Source: a virus. From it: a stretch of 64,000 bases of DNA. Under the pieces are notes generated by a model. It did no database searches, was not told where the DNA came from, and saw only the letters and a list, made by a program, of their open reading frames with translations. The DNA is taken from positions 25,976-89,975 of IMG/VR virus record IMGVR_UViG_3300025816_000008; one strand, given 5' to 3'. The position numbers were made by a program, and so were the translations under genes. Positions 58,350 through 64,000 of the stretch are shown in pieces (the stretch's first letter is position 1; every line of letters starts with the position of its first letter).

Positions 58350-59352
58350 AGAAGCCCTAGACATTTTTGTCAACTATTATTATCCAAAAGCAAAGTGGCT
58401 TCAAAATAATGTTAATTGGGGTCCATTAGATTATGAAGGTCCAGAGGCAGCAAAAGCCATTGACGATCCTTTAATGCAAAAGATTGACATATACGACTGC
58501 TTTACTCGTAATGCAGCAGGATTTTCTAATGTACTTCAGGATCTTAGATTTGGATCTAAAACTCCAAAATGGAGATGGCAAAATAAAACACGTAGAGAAT
58601 TAAATACTAAAAATGATTCTATTAAATGGGACACTAAAACTTGGATGTATGTATTTTTAAGCCACCGCGTTACTGGTTCCGGCGCTTCATTTGAGAATGA
58701 TCATGGATATAGAAATAATATTATTCAGTTTTGGGGAAAGCATCGTGATATTAAAGACATGTCTGAGGACCTAGTTAGCGCTAAAGCTACTGGCAAACCT
58801 CTTTTTACATCAATCGGAAATCAACCACCTGCTCCAAAAAAGGGAGTATCTAATGTTGATTTTCTTGTTAAAGAGCTTCCAGACGTCATAGATAGATTAG
58901 GTGACTGGATTGTAAAAAGCAAAAGAGGTCATAAAGAAATTGTAGACTTTCTAAATGTTTATAACAAATCTGCCGGACACAGGAAATTTAATTTTCAATA
59001 TGCTGCCTTCTCAATGGATTGTTCTGATTATTTTCCAGAATATGCTGATGTTGATAGCCATACATACTTAGGTAATAACGCTATTCGGTGTATGAAAAAA
59101 CTGTCTGGTGGGTGGAAGCCGGATAGTTTTATGGATTTATTGAGAGAACAAACCGGCGGAAAACCAAAAGATTTAGAAGATGTAATGTGCGACTTTGTCA
59201 GGTTTGGGCAAAATTATGTTCCTAGAGGAAATGGAACCTTCGATCATATACCATCAACGTTAGCAAATAATTCGGGGTGGAATTCTGGCTGGGAACAGCG
59301 GCAGGGTACACCACCTCAAAAAGGTATACAATTAGAGGATTTTATGGTATAA
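58333..59352 (+). CDS. aGPT-Pplase/5-hmdU DNA kinase helical-domain-like DNA base-modifying protein
   Basis: DDPLMQ....D...R, F....D...Y.P, LGNNA and DLEDVMCDFVRF resemble the family pattern (DPIL..N..R / G.GA / E..LCE..K). Confidence 0.5.
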   Translation: MSWLNEEALDIFVNYYYPKAKWLQNNVNWGPLDYEGPEAAKAIDDPLMQKIDIYDCFTRNAAGFSNVLQDLRFGSKTPKWRWQNKTRRELNTKNDSIKWDTKTWMYVFLSHRVTGSGASFENDHGYRNNIIQFWGKHRDIKDMSEDLVSAKATGKPLFTSIGNQPPAPKKGVSNVDFLVKELPDVIDRLGDWIVKSKRGHKEIVDFLNVYNKSAGHRKFNFQYAAFSMDCSDYFPEYADVDSHTYLGNNAIRCMKKLSGGWKPDSFMDLLREQTGGKPKDLEDVMCDFVRFGQNYVPRGNGTFDHIPSTLANNSGWNSGWEQRQGTPPQKGIQLEDFMV

Positions 59353-60173
59353 TGGCTAAAAAATTAAAAATATCCGTGATCGGTTGTGGTTTTGTAGGCA
59401 CAGCTGTTATTAATGGTTTTGATAAAAAATTATGTGATATTGCACCAATTGACATTAAGTATAATACCACAGTGTCAGATACTGATCCATTTTGTGATGT
59501 ATTTTTTGTGTGTTTACCTACACCAAGCGAGGATGATGGATCAGTTAACGCTGCACTTGTAATTGAAACTGTTAAATGGTTAAAGCTTAATAGAGCTGGA
59601 CACATCGTAATAAAATCAACCGTCACACCTGATATTATAGATAAACTTTCTGGTGATAGAGTAGTTTATAATCCTGAATTTTTAACTGAAAAATCTGCAG
59701 ATGAAGATTTCATTAATTCGGCAATGCATATATTTGGAGGGCATATTAAAGATACAAACAATATTGAAAAAATATATAAAAAATATAGTAAATGTAAACC
59801 TTGCCCATGCCACCATGTGACATTAAAAGAAGCAAGTTTTATTAAATACGGAGTTAATTGTTTTCTTGCCACAAAAGTATTATGGTTTAATCAATTCTAT
59901 AATATAATACAAAAACACGATTGTAATTTTGATGAGATTACTTATGCAATGAGATCAGATCCAAGGATTGGTAACTCTCATACGAGTGTTCCAGGATTTG
60001 ATGGCAAAATGGGTTTTGGTGGAGCTTGTTTTCCAAAAGATACTTCAGCATTTTTAGATTTTGCAATATCATTTTCAGTCCTAAATGAGGTAATACAAGC
60101 AAATAATAAGATTAGATCTGAATATACGAAAGATAAAAGAGAGCTTGAGCAAAATGTCTCTTTTAGTAAATAA
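59352..60173 (+). CDS. UDP-glucose/GDP-mannose 6-dehydrogenase family, lacking the C-terminal domain
   Basis: GCGFVG, IKSTV, YNPEFL, KY..N.FLA.K and GFGGACFPKD motifs. Confidence 0.88.
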   Translation: MAKKLKISVIGCGFVGTAVINGFDKKLCDIAPIDIKYNTTVSDTDPFCDVFFVCLPTPSEDDGSVNAALVIETVKWLKLNRAGHIVIKSTVTPDIIDKLSGDRVVYNPEFLTEKSADEDFINSAMHIFGGHIKDTNNIEKIYKKYSKCKPCPCHHVTLKEASFIKYGVNCFLATKVLWFNQFYNIIQKHDCNFDEITYAMRSDPRIGNSHTSVPGFDGKMGFGGACFPKDTSAFLDFAISFSVLNEVIQANNKIRSEYTKDKRELEQNVSFSK

Positions 60174-60176
60174 CTA

Positions 60177-60205
60177 TTTACATTACTTTCTTTCTATGTT
60201 ATAAT
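60177..60205 (+). promoter_or_regulatory. Early-type promoter TTTACA-17-TATAAT for uvsX
   Basis: Consensus match. Confidence 0.8.
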
Positions 60206-60230
60206 AGTCCAATAATCAAAGGAGATATAA

Positions 60231-61283
60231 ATGTCGATTATGGATAAACTTAAAAAGAATTCAAAGCTTAAGGCCACTGAAGTTCTTTCTGAGTCTAAAT
60301 TTTTTAATGAAAAAGATATGATTTCAACTAGCGTACCAATGGTAAACGTTGCGCTATCTGGATCTATGGATGGTGGAATGACACCTGGACTAACGGTTTT
60401 GGCTGGTCCATCTAAACACTTCAAAACATCGTTTGCGCTTCTTATGGCAAGTGCTTATCTTAAATCTAAAAAGACGCAGGTAATGCTATTTTATGATTCA
60501 GAGTTTGGTTCACCTCAAGCGTACTTTGAGCAATTTGATATTGATACATCACGTGTTCTTCATACTCCAATTACAAATGTAGAAGAGCTTAAATTTGATA
60601 TGATTGCTCAGCTTGAAGGTCTAGAGTCTAAAGATGATGTCATTATTGTTATTGACTCTATTGGTAATCTTGCTTCGAAGAAAGAATTAGATGATGCTCA
60701 GAATGAAAAGTCTGTTGCTGATATGTCGAGAGCTAAAGCACTTAAAGGTTTATTTCGTATGGCAACACCCTATCTTGCTATGAAAAATATCGTAATGCTT
60801 GCAGTTAATCATACATATCAAGAGATTGGTTTATTTCCTAAAGCAGTAGTATCGGGTGGCACTGGGATTTATTATAGTGCTAATAATATTTGGATCCTTG
60901 GCCGCCGCCAAAATAAAAAAGGCACGGAAATTACTGGTTATGACTTTGTTATTAATATCGAGAAATCACGATTTGTAAAAGAAAAGTCTAAGATCCCTAT
61001 CTCAGTTTCATGGGAAGGTGGCGTAGAAGAATATTCTGGTTTACTAGAAGTAGCAATGGCGGGTGGCTATGTTGTTAAGCCGTCTAATGGTTGGTATTCT
61101 TCTGTCGATATGTCCACTGGTGAAGTGTCTGAAAAGAAAGTTCGTGAAGCAGGTACTCTTGAGAAAGAATTCTGGGATCCAATCTTTACTAATACAGATT
61201 TTAAAGACTTTATAAAAAAGCAATTTACTATTGGTTACAAATCTGATATAGATATGGATGAGATCTTAGAAATGGAGGCGTAA
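60231..61283 (+). CDS. uvsX: RecA-like recombinase UvsX
   Basis: AGPSKHFKT, YDSEFG, IDSIGNLAS and EKSR motifs. Confidence 0.97.
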   Translation: MSIMDKLKKNSKLKATEVLSESKFFNEKDMISTSVPMVNVALSGSMDGGMTPGLTVLAGPSKHFKTSFALLMASAYLKSKKTQVMLFYDSEFGSPQAYFEQFDIDTSRVLHTPITNVEELKFDMIAQLEGLESKDDVIIVIDSIGNLASKKELDDAQNEKSVADMSRAKALKGLFRMATPYLAMKNIVMLAVNHTYQEIGLFPKAVVSGGTGIYYSANNIWILGRRQNKKGTEITGYDFVINIEKSRFVKEKSKIPISVSWEGGVEEYSGLLEVAMAGGYVVKPSNGWYSSVDMSTGEVSEKKVREAGTLEKEFWDPIFTNTDFKDFIKKQFTIGYKSDIDMDEILEMEA

Positions 61284-61576
61284 TGCAGTACATTGAAAAT
61301 AAAGATTATGAATTTATTCCAGGAAATAATGATGATTGGCAAATTAGATTTTTAACCGGAGATTTTATAGAAAGTGTTATACAATATGGTACTATTCGTA
61401 TGGAAGATGGTGAACAGATGACGTTTGACTTTCATGTAGAAAATAGTCCAGATGAAACATTAAATTCAGAAAATGAAGAATTACAAAAACATGCTGGTGA
61501 TATTTTGATTTCTATTATTGAAGATGCTATTGAAAATAAAGCAAGTGATTTACACATTAATGAGGTAAAAGAGTGA
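61283..61576 (+). CDS. gp40-like protein (by position)
   Basis: Lies between uvsX and g41 as in T4; acidic, 97 aa. Confidence 0.45.
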   Translation: MQYIENKDYEFIPGNNDDWQIRFLTGDFIESVIQYGTIRMEDGEQMTFDFHVENSPDETLNSENEELQKHAGDILISIIEDAIENKASDLHINEVKE

Positions 61577-62955
61577 ACACAAATATAGAACAAGTTGTTC
61601 TTAAAAACATTCTGACTAATGAAAAATATATGAGAAAGGTTTTGCCTTTTATTAAGGCAGAATATTTTGAAGGTATCTATAAAGAACTCTTCAAACAATC
61701 CGGCAAATTTGTTGCCAAATATAATAAACTACCGTCAGCAGAATCATTTAAAATCGAGATTGATTCTGCTGATAAGTTTAGTGATGATCAATATCGGCAA
61801 GCGGTAGAAATTATTCCAGAATTATTTACTGAAGAAGTGAGTGACGAAGATTGGTTACTTGATGCCACTGAAAAGTGGTGTCAAGATAGAGCTTTATTCA
61901 ATGCTGTTATGGAATCGATTAGTATTATTGACGGTAAGCACCAAACCTTATCAAAAAATGCTTTACCTGATATTCTGACTAAAGCTCTTGGTGTATCATT
62001 TGATACGAATGTTGGCCACGATTATCTTGAAGCATTTCAAGAACGTTATGAGTTTTATCATCGTGATGAAGAACGTATTCCTTTCGATATTGATCTGCTT
62101 AACGAAATTACAAAAGGCGGTTTACCACGTAAAACATTGAACATTATTTTGGCTGGAACCGGCGTAGGTAAGTCACTAGCAATGTGTCACTTTGCATCAG
62201 CCAACTTAACCGATGGTAAAAATGTTTTATACATTACTGCTGAAATGGCTGAAGAGCGTATCGCTGAACGTATTGATGCTAATCTTCTTAATATTCAAAT
62301 AGATCAATTGACCGATTTAAGTCAGTCAATGTTTGCCGAAAAGGTCCACAATCTTTCAACAAAAACAAATGGTAAACTTATTGTAAAAGAATACCCGACC
62401 GGCTCTGCTAATGTCGGTCATATGAGGGCGCTACTAAGTGAACTAAAGCTTAAAAAATCATTTATACCAGATATTATCTATATTGATTATTTAAATATTT
62501 GTGCTTCTTCTAGAATGAAAGGTATGGGCGGTGCTATTAATTCATATAATTATATTAAAGCAATTGCGGAAGAGTTTCGTGGATTGGCAGTTGAATTCGA
62601 TGTCCCGATTGTCTCTGCAACGCAAACGACGCGTAGTGGTTACGGTAACTCGGATGTTGGGCTTGAAGATACGTCTGAGTCTTTTGGATTACCCGCTACG
62701 GCAGATTTAATGATTGCTCTCATTGCAACTGAAGAACTTGAACAAATGAGTCAAATTGCTGTTAAACAATTAAAGAATAGATACAATGATCCAACGTTCC
62801 ATAAAAGATTTGTCATTGGTGTTAATAGAGCTAAAATGAGATTATTTGATGCCGATGAAAGTTCTCAAACATTAATGAATGATACTCCGGTATTTGATAA
62901 TTCATCTATTGGTGAAAGAATTGCTAATAGCAGTTTTGAAGGATTTAAATTATGA
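61573..62955 (+). CDS. g41: Replicative helicase gp41
   Basis: AGTGVGKS, IDYLN, ATQTTRSG, SESFGLPATAD and KQLKNRY motifs. Confidence 0.96.
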   Translation: MNTNIEQVVLKNILTNEKYMRKVLPFIKAEYFEGIYKELFKQSGKFVAKYNKLPSAESFKIEIDSADKFSDDQYRQAVEIIPELFTEEVSDEDWLLDATEKWCQDRALFNAVMESISIIDGKHQTLSKNALPDILTKALGVSFDTNVGHDYLEAFQERYEFYHRDEERIPFDIDLLNEITKGGLPRKTLNIILAGTGVGKSLAMCHFASANLTDGKNVLYITAEMAEERIAERIDANLLNIQIDQLTDLSQSMFAEKVHNLSTKTNGKLIVKEYPTGSANVGHMRALLSELKLKKSFIPDIIYIDYLNICASSRMKGMGGAINSYNYIKAIAEEFRGLAVEFDVPIVSATQTTRSGYGNSDVGLEDTSESFGLPATADLMIALIATEELEQMSQIAVKQLKNRYNDPTFHKRFVIGVNRAKMRLFDADESSQTLMNDTPVFDNSSIGERIANSSFEGFKL

Positions 62956-63209
62956 AACAAACCGAAGCCGAATGTCTTGTTGTAGCAAGTGAGGAGTGTG
63001 CTGAGCTAACTAAAGAATGTATGAAAATTTTACGGTTTGGTATGAGCGATAAGCACAAAGAAAATCTTATAAATGAAATGGGTGATGTTCAATGTATGTT
63101 AGATTTATTAGGTGATTATTTTAATATTTCTAGTGATAATATTTTAGAGGCATCTACAGCCAAAAGAGAAAAACTAAAAAAATATAGCAACTTAATTGGA
63201 GATAAATAA
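62952..63209 (+). CDS. Small MazG-like pyrophosphatase
   Basis: EECAEL...EMGDV motif. Confidence 0.7.
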   Translation: MKQTEAECLVVASEECAELTKECMKILRFGMSDKHKENLINEMGDVQCMLDLLGDYFNISSDNILEASTAKREKLKKYSNLIGDK

Positions 63210-63466
63210 TGGGTAAAGAAACATCACAGGGTATTCACAGTACTGTGAGTAAATCAATTCGTAAAGCTATGAGGAGAGACTATATGTCTTCAGGAGACAG
63301 GTTTATGAATCAAATGAAAGCTTTAGCACAAGGTAAAGATGTAGTATTTACAATTGAAAATCCAAACAAAGAAGAAACAAATAAGCGTTTTATTAGACAA
63401 AAGGTGTCTGGTAAAAACTACTTGAATTCACGAAAAGGAACTTTTATAATGAAGGACGCACAATAA
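63209..63466 (+). CDS. Hypothetical basic protein
   Basis: TIENPNKEETNKRFIR motif; TAATG coupling. Confidence 0.7.
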   Translation: MGKETSQGIHSTVSKSIRKAMRRDYMSSGDRFMNQMKALAQGKDVVFTIENPNKEETNKRFIRQKVSGKNYLNSRKGTFIMKDAQ

Positions 63467-63663
63467 TGAAAATTGAAATTAGTGATGACGAAGCATTTGC
63501 GCTAGTTCATAGGACTCTTATGCAAATCGAAGAAGATATGCCTCAAAGTAAAAAACTAACAAAAGCTATCAAACGAATTAATCATAATATTATGATCCCA
63601 ACAGATTGGGAAGAAATGTACGAAGAAGATTTTGTTGAATATGATACTGGAGAATATAAGTAA
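63466..63663 (+). CDS. Hypothetical protein
   Basis: Coupled ORF. Confidence 0.6.
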   Translation: MKIEISDDEAFALVHRTLMQIEEDMPQSKKLTKAIKRINHNIMIPTDWEEMYEEDFVEYDTGEYK

Positions 63664-64000
63664 TGAAAGCCAAATTGATAGGATACACACAAGTTTATGA
63701 TATGCCAGAAATTGGTGATGTTCAAGATCTTATTGCTTTTTGTGCAAGAGTGTCAAATCCTACAAATCAAATTAATAGTGCAACCAGCGAAAAGCTTATT
63801 AAATACCTAATTAAGCATAAGCACTGGTCTCCTCTTGAAATGGCTTCAGCCACTATGGAAATTGAAACTACTCGAGACATTGCTAGACAGCTTTTAAGAC
63901 ATAGATCATTTTCATTCCAAGAATTTAGCCAAAGGTATGCTAATCCAAGTGATATGGATGAAACCTTTGTTTTATCAGAAGCAAGATTACAAGATCATAA
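63663..64000 (+). CDS. thyX: Flavin-dependent thymidylate synthase ThyX (partial, runs off window)
   Basis: Hand translation: MKAKLIGYT...AFCARVSNP...HWSPLEM...RDIARQLLRHRSFSFQEFSQRYA, which carries the RHRx7S motif. Confidence 0.93.
   Translation, partial: MKAKLIGYTQVYDMPEIGDVQDLIAFCARVSNPTNQINSATSEKLIKYLIKHKHWSPLEMASATMEIETTRDIARQLLRHRSFSFQEFSQRYANPSDMDETFVLSEARLQDH

Noticed and set aside
24229-62955. Inteins, introns or HNH/GIY-YIG homing endonucleases in g17, g43, g41 or uvsW
   Set aside because: The genes have normal lengths and continuous motifs; no splicing or endonuclease signatures were seen.
1-64000. Stop-codon reassignment
   Set aside because: Core genes are full length and tile tightly under the standard code, with TAA, TAG and TGA all used as stops.
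1-64000. tRNA/rRNA genes, DGR (RT with TR/VR), integrase or IS elements
   Set aside because: No cloverleaf, reverse transcriptase, adenine-variable repeat pair or transposase was recognised, and intergenic gaps are short. Not checked computationally.

Overview
This is a 64 kb segment of an AT-rich T4-like (myovirus) phage genome, with essentially all genes on the + strand. The DUF1127, IbpA-type Hsp20 and ROSE-like leader suggest an alphaproteobacterial host (inference). Layout: (1-20.6 kb) very large fibre/adhesin-type virion proteins; (20.7-33.9 kb) the T4 core virion module g13-g23; (34.7-48.7 kb) g3, uvsY, uvsW, g55, g47, g46, g45, g44, dexA, g62, regA, hsp20 and g43; (48.7-60.2 kb) an ~11.5 kb metabolic and DNA-modification island between g43 and uvsX, the locus where T4 keeps g42 and beta-gt; (60.2-64 kb) uvsX, g40-like, g41 and a partial thyX. 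The main candidates for new biology are three. (a) A cytosine-hypermodification cluster: a gp42-type dCMP hydroxymethylase, a protein that looks like a beta-glucosyltransferase acceptor domain fused to an SGNH domain, a PLP enzyme, an aGPT-Pplase/5-hmdU-DNA-kinase-like protein and nucleotide-sugar genes. (b) A strong virion-wide Asp-Ser dipeptide enrichment that looks like a modification sequon. (c) A ROSE-like RNA thermometer in front of an hsp20-DUF1127 operon, and an orphan antisense promoter with a palindrome upstream of g55. All family calls come from motif recognition by eye; no searches were run.
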